Of a stretch of DNA of 57,964 bases, positions 1-8,758 are shown piece after piece. The notes below the pieces were generated by a model that did no database searches, was not told where the DNA came from, and saw nothing but the letters and a program-made list of their open reading frames with translations. This DNA is from Polyangiaceae bacterium (GTDB lineage Bacteria; Myxococcota_A; Polyangia; Polyangiales; Polyangiaceae): contig JANRKO010000049.1 of NCBI GenBank assembly GCA_033763455.1, positions 1 to 57,964 on the forward strand. Direction: 5' to 3'. Position 1 is the first letter of the stretch, and the number at the start of each line of letters is the position of its first letter. The position numbers and the translations under genes are program-made.

Positions 1-138
1 CACCATTTGGCCAAGACCTGCGCGATGTTTCCTCCGAACGCAATTCCAATAAACACAAACCGAAGAGCCGGATGCGGGAAATTCGCAAGTCCGGTTCTGT
101 AAGGAGCACCGGGTGGCAACACCCGGTGTTTACTTGAT
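1..138 (+). mobile_element. Group II intron, 3' end (domain V 64-98, domain VI 100-136, terminal AT at 137-138); rest lies outside the window
   Basis: 64-98 AGAGCCGGATGCGGGAAATTCGCAAGTCCGGTTCT folds as DV with AGC triad (66-68), GAAA-containing loop and 2-nt bulge. 100-136 forms a long stem with a GCAA tetraloop and one bulged A (132), 7 nt from an AY terminus. Confidence 0.9.
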
Positions 139-296
139 GGCTTCGTCGCCGGCGGAGGCGATAACGTTCGGATCGTCAGAACCTACGCCGAAGAGGATAG
201 TGGCCCCCCAGCGGTGAAATCCTGATTTGGCGTTTTCATCGGTAAAATAGCCTCGCGAGTGAGCGCGCGAAGGAGCTCCGGGCTATATGTTTCGGC

Positions 297-503
297 GTGA
301 CCAACACTACAAGCGAATCAGGCACCAGCGCCCTGTGGGACGCTTCAGACGTTGCGCGTTACCTTAAGGTGAGCAAATCCTGGGTTTATCACCGCGCTGA
401 GTCAGGCGAATTGCCCTGCCTGCGTGTCGGCGGCCTACTGAGGTTCGAGCCGCGGATTATTCACGCCTTTGCGCGAGGCGAGCTAAGAATGGTCAAGGTA
501 TAG
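297..503 (+). CDS. Excisionase-like helix-turn-helix DNA-binding protein
   Basis: 68 aa, WDASDVARYLKVSKSWVYHRAESGELPCLRVGGLLRF is an Xis/HTH_17-like pattern; directly upstream of the integrase. Confidence 0.85.
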   Translation: MTNTTSESGTSALWDASDVARYLKVSKSWVYHRAESGELPCLRVGGLLRFEPRIIHAFARGELRMVKV

Positions 504-529
504 CTCCACGGATATAAAGGGATTGTCCA

Positions 530-1942
530 ATGGCATCGGTCTACAAACGAGCTGACAAGTGGTACCTCCGCTACAAGGATGCCCAAGGCATCTGGCGCGA
601 TCGAGCGAGTAGCGCCCAGAGCAAGACCGAGGCCAAACGCTTGGCTGGGGACCTGGAGCGCAAGTGCGAACGGCAGCGCCTCGGGCTTGAGGCTCTCCCG
701 GAGGAGGACGGCGGCGGGACGTTTGCTGAGCTGATGCATTGGTGGCTCCAAACGTACTCCAAGGGGTCACCCTCACATCAGCGAAACGAATCCACGATCG
801 AGAAGAATCTGATCGGCTCCGAGCTTGGGCCACTCCGGTTGGCTGATGTCACCTCTGCGCGCATTGAGGTCTACTTGCAGGCACGCGCCCTGCGTCTATC
901 TCCGCAAACCGTGAATCACCTGCGGCGGTTTATTTTGACTGCCTTCAATACCGCCAAGCGCGCGGGGCGCTTCAACGGCGCCAATCCTGCATCCGATGTA
1001 TCAAGGCGCAAAGTTAGCAAACGCTTGCCGAATTTTCTCCAAGCGGAGGAGGTGCCGCGGGTTCTTAACGCGCTTTCTGAGAGGTGGCGCCCGCTGTTTG
1101 CGGCGGCGATCTACACAGGCATGCGCAAGGGAGAGCTGCTTGGCCTACGAAAGGTCGACGTTGATCTTGAGCGTGGCCTCATTCAGGTCTCGCGCTCCTA
1201 CGACCACGATACCACCAAGGGGCAGCGGGCCGAGGCCGTGCCGGTCGCGCGCGAACTCAAACCCTACTTGCGCTCGTCAATGGCTTCATCACCCTCTGAC
1301 TTGGTATTCCCCAAGGCTGATGGGGCAATGATGCGGCCAGACGTAGCCTTGGAGGGCGTCCTACGGCGTGCGCTCGGGCGGGCTGGCATCGTCGAGGGCT
1401 ACACCCACGTTTGCCGGAAGAAAGGCTGCGCGCATTCTGAGGCGGCAAAGGACGCGCTCCCCCGGCGTTGCCCGGAACACAACCACCTGCTGTGGCCCAA
1501 AGCGAAGGTTCGCCCGATTCGCTTCCACGATCTGCGGCACACAACAGCTAGCCTCCTCATGATGGCCGGCGCTAATCCTGCAGCGGTTCAGCGCATCCTC
1601 CGGCATCGTGATCCGCGGCTCACCACGGAAGTCTACGGACACCTCGCGCCCGCGTACCTGCAAAGCGAGGTCGATCGGCTGCAGTTCGAACCGACCGATT
1701 CCCCGGTGCAGGCCCCGCCAGTCGAAACGTCTGAGGAGCAGCGTGCTGCAGCAAGTGCCCGATTCGATCCGTTTGCTGCATCCTTGCTGCAAGCCTCCGC
1801 AAGCACCCCGATCACCCTCTCGCACCCCGACGTGAATCCTGAAGAGATCTCGTCAGTTAACTTAGCGCGCCCGAGTGGATTCGAACCACTGACCTTCGGC
1901 TTCGGAGGCCGGCACTCTATCCAGCTGAGCTACGGGCGCTGA
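530..1942 (+). CDS. Tyrosine recombinase / phage-type integrase (C-terminus read antisense through the tRNA)
   Basis: Catalytic motifs TGMRKGEL (R), FHDLRH (HxxR), ILRH and VYGH (Y); adjacent to xis and a tRNA. Confidence 0.95.
   Translation: MASVYKRADKWYLRYKDAQGIWRDRASSAQSKTEAKRLAGDLERKCERQRLGLEALPEEDGGGTFAELMHWWLQTYSKGSPSHQRNESTIEKNLIGSELGPLRLADVTSARIEVYLQARALRLSPQTVNHLRRFILTAFNTAKRAGRFNGANPASDVSRRKVSKRLPNFLQAEEVPRVLNALSERWRPLFAAAIYTGMRKGELLGLRKVDVDLERGLIQVSRSYDHDTTKGQRAEAVPVARELKPYLRSSMASSPSDLVFPKADGAMMRPDVALEGVLRRALGRAGIVEGYTHVCRKKGCAHSEAAKDALPRRCPEHNHLLWPKAKVRPIRFHDLRHTTASLLMMAGANPAAVQRILRHRDPRLTTEVYGHLAPAYLQSEVDRLQFEPTDSPVQAPPVETSEEQRAAASARFDPFAASLLQASASTPITLSHPDVNPEEISSVNLARPSGFEPLTFGFGGRHSIQLSYGR
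1866..1939 (-). tRNA. tRNA-Arg(CCG), integration target; CCA not encoded
   Basis: Reverse complement GCGCCCGTAGCTCAGCTGGATAGAGTGCCGGCCTCCGAAGCCGAAGGTCAGTGGTTCGAATCCACTCGGGCGCG gives a 7-bp acceptor stem, D arm, anticodon loop CTCCGAA and T arm AGTGG-TTCGAAT-CCACT. Confidence 0.95.
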
Positions 1943-2119
1943 TGGGTGAGCGCGGGGTGTAGCTCAGGCCGAAAGGCATGGGAAGGGGGTTTCAAAGAAT
2001 GGGCGCCAGGCGGGAGTTCGGCGCGAATTCGGCAGCAATTTGCCTTAATTTTGCCCGTGCAGGGGCCTCGCCCCGCTCTCGGTGCCGAAGTGCGCCCCGA
2101 TGGTGGTAGCGTGCCCGGT

Positions 2120-2890
2120 ATGCAGGTTTTTGCGGTCCCGTGTTTGCGAGACAATTACGCGTATTTGATTGTTGGGGCTTCGGGCAGTGAAGCGCTGGTG
2201 GTGGATCCGAGCGAGGCGCTGCCAGTGGTGGCGGCGTTGAGTGAACACGGGCTAACGCTCAAGGGGATCCTAAATACGCATCATCATGTCGATCATGTGG
2301 GGGGCAATGCCGAGCTAGTGCAGCAGTTTGGGCCAATGCCAGTGTACGCTTATATGTCGGACAAAGGGCGCATCCCTGAGCAAACCCATTTTTTGCAAGA
2401 TGGTGAAACGTTCACGGAGCTCGGGCTTGAGTTTCGAGTCCTGCATATTCCTGGGCACACCTTGGGAGCGATCGCTTACGTCTGCGAAGGTTGCGCGTTT
2501 ACAGGAGATACCTTGTTTGCGGCTGGTTGTGGGCGCATGTTTGAAGGCACGGCCGAGATGATGGATAGATCGCTCAATGAACGCCTGGCTGAGCTTCCAG
2601 ATGAAACACTCATCTATTGCGGCCACGAGTACACTGCCAAAAATCTCGAGTTTGCTCTGAGCGTGGAGCCGAATAATCCGGATGTGGCGCGTGAAATCGA
2701 GCGTGTGGCTGCCCTTCGGCGTGAAGGCAAGCCTACGGTTCCGTCCAATTTTGGGCGCGAGAGGCTCACCAATCCGTTCTTGCGTTGCAACCGCCCAGCC
2801 ATTATCGCTGCGATGCAAAAACGCGAACCCGGTGTGCAAGATCGAGCGGCTGTTTTTGGTTTGCTTCGGGCGGCGAAAGATGTCTTTTAA
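2120..2890 (+). CDS. gloB: Hydroxyacylglutathione hydrolase (glyoxalase II)
   Basis: DNYAYL, THHHVDHVGG, PGHT, FTGDTLF, CGHEYT and NPFLR motifs; start chosen at MQVFAVP. Confidence 0.92.
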   Translation: MQVFAVPCLRDNYAYLIVGASGSEALVVDPSEALPVVAALSEHGLTLKGILNTHHHVDHVGGNAELVQQFGPMPVYAYMSDKGRIPEQTHFLQDGETFTELGLEFRVLHIPGHTLGAIAYVCEGCAFTGDTLFAAGCGRMFEGTAEMMDRSLNERLAELPDETLIYCGHEYTAKNLEFALSVEPNNPDVAREIERVAALRREGKPTVPSNFGRERLTNPFLRCNRPAIIAAMQKREPGVQDRAAVFGLLRAAKDVF

Positions 2891-3932
2891 GTACAGCACC
2901 GGCACGGTGCCGGGGCTCTTCTTCTTAGTGCTCGGCGTTGGGTTCGGCTGCAGGAGTCGTGAACCTTCAGCAGTCGCCGCTCAGGCCACCGACAGAGAAG
3001 CGGTTAACGCAGCTTCCACCCAGGCGCCACGCACGCCTACCCAAGCGCTAGGGCCCGCTTCTACCCAAAACCCAGAGCCGTCCTCTAAACAGAGCCAAGA
3101 GCCCGTCGTGATGCACTCGGCTTCCGAACTCACCTGGAGCTACCCCCAAACGGCGATTGGCCCGATGCGTGTCGTGGTTTCGATTCCTGCACATGTCGCC
3201 GGGGAACGGTTACCGGTTCTCTTTGCGTTTCATGGGCGTGGGGAGGCGCTGAAGGGCCCTGAACGGGGAGCGCGAGGGTGGTGGGATGATTATTGGCTCG
3301 GAAAAGCGATCCAAAAGCTTGCTCACCCGCCGCTCGATCCTGAGCTGTTCCTGGGCTTTGCGGATCCCGTACGCCTGCAGGCAATGAATGAGAGCCTGCG
3401 GGCAAGGCCCTACGCGGGGCTCATTGTGGTGACCCCCTACACGCCGGATAGGTTAGGGGGGGATGACGCGTTCGCCGCGGCGAAACCGCTTTCAGCTTGG
3501 GTAGTAGATGAACTCTTGCCTCGCGTTTACCGTGAGACGCCGGCGCTCGGTACTTACGAATCCACCGGGATTGACGGGGTTAGCTTGGGAGGGCGCGCGG
3601 CTTGGGCGATTGGTCTCTCGTATCCCGAAAAGTTCGGTGTGGTTTCCGGTATGCAGGCGGCGTTTGACTCTGAGGAGGGCGAGTGGGTCGCACGCGTGGC
3701 CGAGAAGGCGGTCAAGAAGAAGTTCGCCTTGAAGCTCAGGCTGCTAACGAGCGGCCAGGATTATTACCTGGAGCCGTCACGGGCACTCTCAGCTCGGCTC
3801 ACGGGCCTTCGGGTGCCGCATCGCTTCGATGTGGTCCGAGGCACCCACAGCTACACGTTTAATCGCGGGCCGGGCGCTTACGAAATGCTGCTATTTCACG
3901 ATCGCGCTTTGCGAGGGCTCCCGGCGCCTTGA
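2880..3932 (+). CDS. Putative lipoprotein, alpha/beta-hydrolase esterase
   Basis: Signal peptide with lipobox-like VGFGC, FHGRGE, nucleophile elbow GVSLGG and C-terminal GTH; start overlaps the gloB stop. Confidence 0.75.
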   Translation: MSFKYSTGTVPGLFFLVLGVGFGCRSREPSAVAAQATDREAVNAASTQAPRTPTQALGPASTQNPEPSSKQSQEPVVMHSASELTWSYPQTAIGPMRVVVSIPAHVAGERLPVLFAFHGRGEALKGPERGARGWWDDYWLGKAIQKLAHPPLDPELFLGFADPVRLQAMNESLRARPYAGLIVVTPYTPDRLGGDDAFAAAKPLSAWVVDELLPRVYRETPALGTYESTGIDGVSLGGRAAWAIGLSYPEKFGVVSGMQAAFDSEEGEWVARVAEKAVKKKFALKLRLLTSGQDYYLEPSRALSARLTGLRVPHRFDVVRGTHSYTFNRGPGAYEMLLFHDRALRGLPAP

Positions 3933-3970
3933 GCGCACGTCGCGGCCCTCGTCGCGCGCACTGAACTCGC

Positions 3971-4309
3971 TCAGGAAGCCGTCGATTCGATCAGTTGTAG
4001 TAGGGTGCGCAGCGTCGGCCCATCGAGCCGATCGAAGTGCACCCCCGCTCGTGACGCGGTCCCGCCGGGGGACCCGCTCACCCAGGCGGTCACTGCTTCG
4101 ATTTCGAGGGGATCCCACAACGTTGGAATTGAAATGGCCAGCCGTAGCCGAAGCCCTGGCTCCAGGCCCTCCCGAACGTCTAGGCAGGCGCCCGTGAGGC
4201 TCAAGTTCAGAAGGCTTGCGCTGGCCTGCCAACCCGAGGGCACCACGACGGTCGCCGTTAACGCCACCTTTTGGCGGGGGAAAGCTCGAAAATGGTCCAG
4301 CTTCGGCAT
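3971..4309 (-). CDS. Stand-alone PilZ domain protein
   Basis: RAFPR (RxxxR) and NLSLTG (D/NxSxxG) motifs plus C-terminal AGVHF; start chosen at MPKLDH. Confidence 0.8.
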   Translation of the reverse strand: MPKLDHFRAFPRQKVALTATVVVPSGWQASASLLNLSLTGACLDVREGLEPGLRLRLAISIPTLWDPLEIEAVTAWVSGSPGGTASRAGVHFDRLDGPTLRTLLQLIESTAS

Positions 4310-4508
4310 GCGGAGGGTCAGGCTACCATGTGCTGCGTGGCGCGGCGCCCCACTCTGAATAATCTTCTGCCCGGGGCTTGGCCGGCCCGGTCCGACGTCA
4401 CACACTTGTCGCAAAGCCCTCAAGTTCTTTGGGATTGGCGCAGTAGGTCCGGTAGGATAAGTCACTTGTCGCCCACGCGCTTTCTGCGGCGGCTGGAGAA
4501 GCGAGCGA

Positions 4509-5891
4509 ATGTCCCAGGAAACCCGCAAAGACCCTCGAGCCAAGGTGCTGACCATGACGGTTCGGTACAAGAGTGCCACGCTCGATGAGTTCATCGAGCA
4601 TCACTCGTACGATATCAGCCGTGGCGGGATGTTCATTAAGACGCCTTCACCATTTCCTCCGGGCACTCTGCTGAAGTTCGAGGTCAAGATCGGCGACGAT
4701 CAGAGGCTGCTGCAAGGCGTTGGGCGTGTGGTCTGGAAGCGTGAGAAGACGGCGGAGGTTGGCGGCGAAGATAGCCCTGCGGGCATGGGCGTTAAATTCA
4801 TCAAGATCAACGAAGAAGCCCAAGCGCTGATCCAAGATCTTACGGGGCGTCGTCCAACAGGTGGGGCTTTTGAAGCGGGCGGCGGGGATTCGCATGTTGA
4901 TAGTTTGCCGGCGCCGAGTGCGCCATCCGGCGCAGCACTTCCAAGTGGTCCCCGCAAAGCCACCGTGCTCGGCCTGGGCAGCATCGCGGGGGCAGCTGAA
5001 AGTCTTGGGGACATCGATAAATCAGCGAATTTCTTTCCGGACACAGGTTCGTCCGAGGCTGACATGCCTGCGCCCGAAGACCGCACCGTGATGAAGCAAA
5101 CATCCGAGCTTCTCCGTGATGCTCTACGGGAGGCCGGAGGGTCCGAGGAAGAGCTTGGTCAAGCCGCTGCCAGGGCTTCCAAGGGCGAAGCGAAGGCGGA
5201 TGAGCCGAAGGCGGATGAGCCGAAGCCAGAAAAACGCGTCAGTCAGCCTCCTGCTTCGCGTCGAGCTCAAAGCCGCGATGGGCATCGTCGCTCAAACAGG
5301 CCGCCTGCCGCCAATCCGAACTCCACCGTTCCCCCGGCGCGCCCACGGCGTACGGCGCCCGCCTCCACCGCCCGTGCGGCGGCAGCTCCCGAGCGGGAGG
5401 ACAACGGGATGGTTCGGTTGGGGTTGATTGTGGCAGGCCTTGTTGCCGCCGGCGGCGTCATCTGGGCCGTAACGAGGGAAAACGCTCCGCCCTCAGCCCC
5501 ACCTGCGGCACCCGTCGTGCAAGCACCAGTTACGCCTGAGCCGCCCGCACCCACAGCGGCTCCTGAGGTTTCGGCGCCTCCGCAGGCATCGTCGCCTGCC
5601 AGCGCCGTTTCAACTGCGCCGAGCGCGAGCGCTGCTCCAACGCCTGCTTCGTCGCCGCCAGCCTCGGCAGTTCCGGCACCTGCAAAACCGGCTCCATCAA
5701 CACAGGTTTCACCGACCCCCTCCGCCTCCACGGCGGCGCCCGCACCCAAGTCTACGGCCACCTCCTCCGCGGCCATTGCGGTCCCTCCCGCAGCCACCGC
5801 AGCTCCGACAGCTACCGCAGCGCCGGCTTCAGCACCTCCAAAGAAAACCAAAAAGTCGAAACCAGTCGAAGACTCGGATAACCCGTACTAA
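4509..5891 (+). CDS. TIGR02266-type PilZ-domain membrane protein with Pro/Ala-rich C-terminal region
   Basis: RKDPR, DISRGGMFI and PAGMGVKF motifs; one TM (LGLIVAGLVAAGGVIWAV); low-complexity tail ending DNPY. Confidence 0.8.
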   Translation: MSQETRKDPRAKVLTMTVRYKSATLDEFIEHHSYDISRGGMFIKTPSPFPPGTLLKFEVKIGDDQRLLQGVGRVVWKREKTAEVGGEDSPAGMGVKFIKINEEAQALIQDLTGRRPTGGAFEAGGGDSHVDSLPAPSAPSGAALPSGPRKATVLGLGSIAGAAESLGDIDKSANFFPDTGSSEADMPAPEDRTVMKQTSELLRDALREAGGSEEELGQAAARASKGEAKADEPKADEPKPEKRVSQPPASRRAQSRDGHRRSNRPPAANPNSTVPPARPRRTAPASTARAAAAPEREDNGMVRLGLIVAGLVAAGGVIWAVTRENAPPSAPPAAPVVQAPVTPEPPAPTAAPEVSAPPQASSPASAVSTAPSASAAPTPASSPPASAVPAPAKPAPSTQVSPTPSASTAAPAPKSTATSSAAIAVPPAATAAPTATAAPASAPPKKTKKSKPVEDSDNPY

Positions 5892-6622
5892 ATCGCGTGC
5901 TTTAGCCGTTCCTGCCGTTGGCGCAGCAGCGCATCAATTGCGTGCCGAAACCCTTTAAGGGGCACCAAACCTTCAATCACGAAGCCGTTGAGCACAAAGC
6001 TGGGAGTCGCGCTGATGCCCATTAGGCGGCCGCGTTCAAGGTCTTGGCTGATGCGTGCCGTATAGCGGTTCTCATTCATGGCGCGCTCTACAAAGGTCGG
6101 AGCTACGCCGCTCTTCTCGGCGAAGGCCTGGATTTCCTCGTCGGTGAGCCCGGGTGAGCTTTCGGCGAAGTGGGTGGCAAACAAGAGGTCGTGCATTTGC
6201 CAAAAAGCGGAGTTGCCCCCTTGCTCGTACGCAGCAAGCGCAGCGTTGGCGGCGGGGACGGCTCTGGCATGGAATTCTAATGGGAAATTACGCCAAACCA
6301 CGCGCACGTCGTTGGGATAAATCTGTTCAAGCTTGCGAAGTAGCACGGCGGCGTGCGCGCAATAAGGACACTCGAAATCGCCGTAGGTTTCGATCACGAT
6401 CGGAGCATTTGCGGGACCGCGGCTTGGCGGATCCGAGAAGCTTGTTGGCTGTTCGTGCGCAGTCGCCGGATAGCCTGGAACGGCGCTGTCGGAGCTCGCG
6501 TGAGCGGCCAGCGGGCCCCCAGATTGAGGGCCCTTTGCGGCTTCTTTCACACAGCTGGGAGAAAGGCACAGCGCGCCGGCGAACAGAAGGTTCGCCAGCA
6601 GTGCTGTGAGGGGGGCTCTCAC
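5888..6622 (-). CDS. DsbA/thioredoxin-fold oxidoreductase, probably exported
   Basis: DFECPYC active site, WRNFPL and cis-Pro loop ATP; N-terminal hydrophobic signal. Confidence 0.88.
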   Translation of the reverse strand: MRAPLTALLANLLFAGALCLSPSCVKEAAKGPQSGGPLAAHASSDSAVPGYPATAHEQPTSFSDPPSRGPANAPIVIETYGDFECPYCAHAAVLLRKLEQIYPNDVRVVWRNFPLEFHARAVPAANAALAAYEQGGNSAFWQMHDLLFATHFAESSPGLTDEEIQAFAEKSGVAPTFVERAMNENRYTARISQDLERGRLMGISATPSFVLNGFVIEGLVPLKGFRHAIDALLRQRQERLKHAI

Positions 6623-8568
6623 CGAGCTTCCCCGAGTGCGCGCTTGATCACCTTGTTGAATGCAGCGAAAGGCTGCGCGCCGCTTACGAAGTAGCCGTTA
6701 ATAACGGACGCTGGTGTTCCCTGGATGCCGGCATCTTGGGCTACCTTCATGTCCTTATCGACCTTTGCCTTGTGCTTGTTCGTATCGAGTGCCTGCTTGA
6801 ACTTAGCCATGTCGAGGCCGAGGTCGGTGGCGATCTTCTCAAGCGCCGGGCGCTTGATGTCTGATTGACCGGCGAAGAGGGCATCGTGGAATTTCCAGAA
6901 CCCTTCGTTGCCCTTCTGCGCGAACGCTTCCTGGGCAGCTTGCGAAGCCAGAGGTGCGTCTTCGTGGAATGGAAGGGGCATGTGACGCCAAACAACCTTT
7001 ACCTTGCTGCCGTAGGTTTTCTCGATTTCCGCAATGGTGGGATTCACGCGTTTACAGAACGGGCACTGGAAGTCCGAAAATACCTGGATCACGACCTTGG
7101 CATTCGCTCCGCCCTTGAAGGCGCTGTCTGCATCGGGTGCAGCGACTTCTTTTTTCTCGGGTGGCGGGGGCTGCTTACCCTCTTTCATCAGCTCAGCAAA
7201 CACCTGGGCGCGCGGAGTACCTTTGGCGACCAGAGCTTTGGCAACAGCCAGCCGTGCGTCGATGACTTCCTTGAACTTCTCGAACGGCTGTGCACCTGCG
7301 AGGCGGTAGCCATTGATGAAGAAGTGTGGGGTGCCGCCAGCGTTGTAGTCCTGTCCAATTTCCTGGCTCTCTTCGAACTTGCTATTGTGCTTGCCACTGT
7401 CGAGAGCTGCCTTCACCATCGGCCAAGGCACTCCGGCTTCGGCGACGGCTTTCTGGTAGGTGGCCTCGTTCAGCTCACGCTGATTAGCGAACAGGAAGTC
7501 GTGAACCTTGAAGAAGGCAGCGTCGCCCTTTTGCTTGTAAACTTCACGTGCGACGGTTGCCGCAGGTTTAGCGTTCTGGTGGAACGGGAGGGGGTTGTCC
7601 TTCCAGACAATGCGCACGTCATCGCCGTAGGTCTCGACCACTTTTTTCAGGGTGTCGCCCACACGTGCGCAGAAGGGGCACTCGAACTCAGAGAATTCAA
7701 CGATGGTCACCAGAGCGTCTGGCTTGCCCTTTATTGGATCGTCTTTCATCACCGGAACGGCCCAGATGGTCGTATCTTCGGCTGGCTGAGCGGGCTTCTC
7801 GGCAGCGGCCGGGGGAGGGGGGGCTGCCTGGGCGTTCTTCTTGGTGAGCGTGGTGTAAACCTGTGACGGCTTGGTTCCAGCAGCAATGAGCTTCTGCGCT
7901 TCAGCCAGCTGTGCGTCGATGACTTCCTTGAACTTGGCGAAAGGCTGCGCTCCGCTGATTTCTACGCCATTCACGCGAAAACCAGGCGTGCCGTTCACGC
8001 CCGCTTTGCTGCCTTCGGCGAGATCTTGGTCCACTTTGCTCGCGTACTTTTTGCCGCTGTATGCTTCCTTGAACTTCGCGCCATCCACGCCCGATTGGAC
8101 CGCCCACTTTTGGTAGTTGTCGTCGGTTAGCGTGCTCTGGTTTTGAAAGACGAGATCGTGGAATTTCCAGAATGCGTCGTTGCCGCCGAGTGCAAACACC
8201 GTGGCTGCTGCTTCTGCGGCGGGCTTTGCCTGTTGGTGGAAGGGCAGTGGATTGTTCTTCCAAACAACCCGTACCTTGTCGGGGCCGTATTCCTTCTTGA
8301 CCTGCTCCATGGTGGGGTTCACCCGAGTGCAGAATGGGCACTGAAAGTCGCTGAATACAACGACTGTCACGGGCGCGTCCGCCTTGCCCCAGCTCGGATC
8401 TTTGCTGGTCACGGGAACGGGCGAGTCGCTCTGATCCACCATTGCCGCGGCCTCGGAACCTTCAGCGCTGATGCTCACCCCATTTTTGCGGTCAATGCCC
8501 CACATGAGGAACATCCCCGCAAGGAAACACATTATGAAGCCGACGACGGCTGTACCTTTATTGATCAT
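6619..8568 (-). CDS. Membrane-anchored protein with three DsbA domains
   Basis: Three repeats each with CPFC, PLPFH and GTP; N-terminal TM/signal. Confidence 0.9.
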   Translation of the reverse strand: MINKGTAVVGFIMCFLAGMFLMWGIDRKNGVSISAEGSEAAAMVDQSDSPVPVTSKDPSWGKADAPVTVVVFSDFQCPFCTRVNPTMEQVKKEYGPDKVRVVWKNNPLPFHQQAKPAAEAAATVFALGGNDAFWKFHDLVFQNQSTLTDDNYQKWAVQSGVDGAKFKEAYSGKKYASKVDQDLAEGSKAGVNGTPGFRVNGVEISGAQPFAKFKEVIDAQLAEAQKLIAAGTKPSQVYTTLTKKNAQAAPPPPAAAEKPAQPAEDTTIWAVPVMKDDPIKGKPDALVTIVEFSEFECPFCARVGDTLKKVVETYGDDVRIVWKDNPLPFHQNAKPAATVAREVYKQKGDAAFFKVHDFLFANQRELNEATYQKAVAEAGVPWPMVKAALDSGKHNSKFEESQEIGQDYNAGGTPHFFINGYRLAGAQPFEKFKEVIDARLAVAKALVAKGTPRAQVFAELMKEGKQPPPPEKKEVAAPDADSAFKGGANAKVVIQVFSDFQCPFCKRVNPTIAEIEKTYGSKVKVVWRHMPLPFHEDAPLASQAAQEAFAQKGNEGFWKFHDALFAGQSDIKRPALEKIATDLGLDMAKFKQALDTNKHKAKVDKDMKVAQDAGIQGTPASVINGYFVSGAQPFAAFNKVIKRALGEAR

Positions 8569-8758
8569 GGTTTAAACCTTTGTGCATTTTGTAGACATCG
8601 GACTAACTGCTAAAATTTCGGGTCCAGGCTTGATGGTGCTAAGGCGCCCGGGCTCGAGGACTGCTATTGCGCGCTAGTGGGGCTTGCTCGTTAGGACGTC
8701 GTTTTACGGTCCTCAAGAACAGCGCCGCTCCGCGATTAAAAGAGAATGTCGGCGGACC

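Larger units (their letters stand above)
1..1939. mobile_element. End of a prophage/integrative element inserted at tRNA-Arg(CCG); extends left beyond the window
   Basis: xis-int-tRNA 3' end arrangement, with housekeeping genes starting immediately to the right. Confidence 0.8.

Noticed and set aside
274..518. Similar AGCTCC...TATA motifs before xis and before int
   Set aside because: Too short and gapped to distinguish from chance
5191..5225. 15-bp tandem repeat (KADEP x2)
   Set aside because: Ordinary in-frame linker expansion
6865..7866. Long antisense ORFs (also 21078-22145, 22167-23117, 28076-29191 and others)
   Set aside because: Shadow frames opposite well-supported genes, expected with high GC3 codon bias
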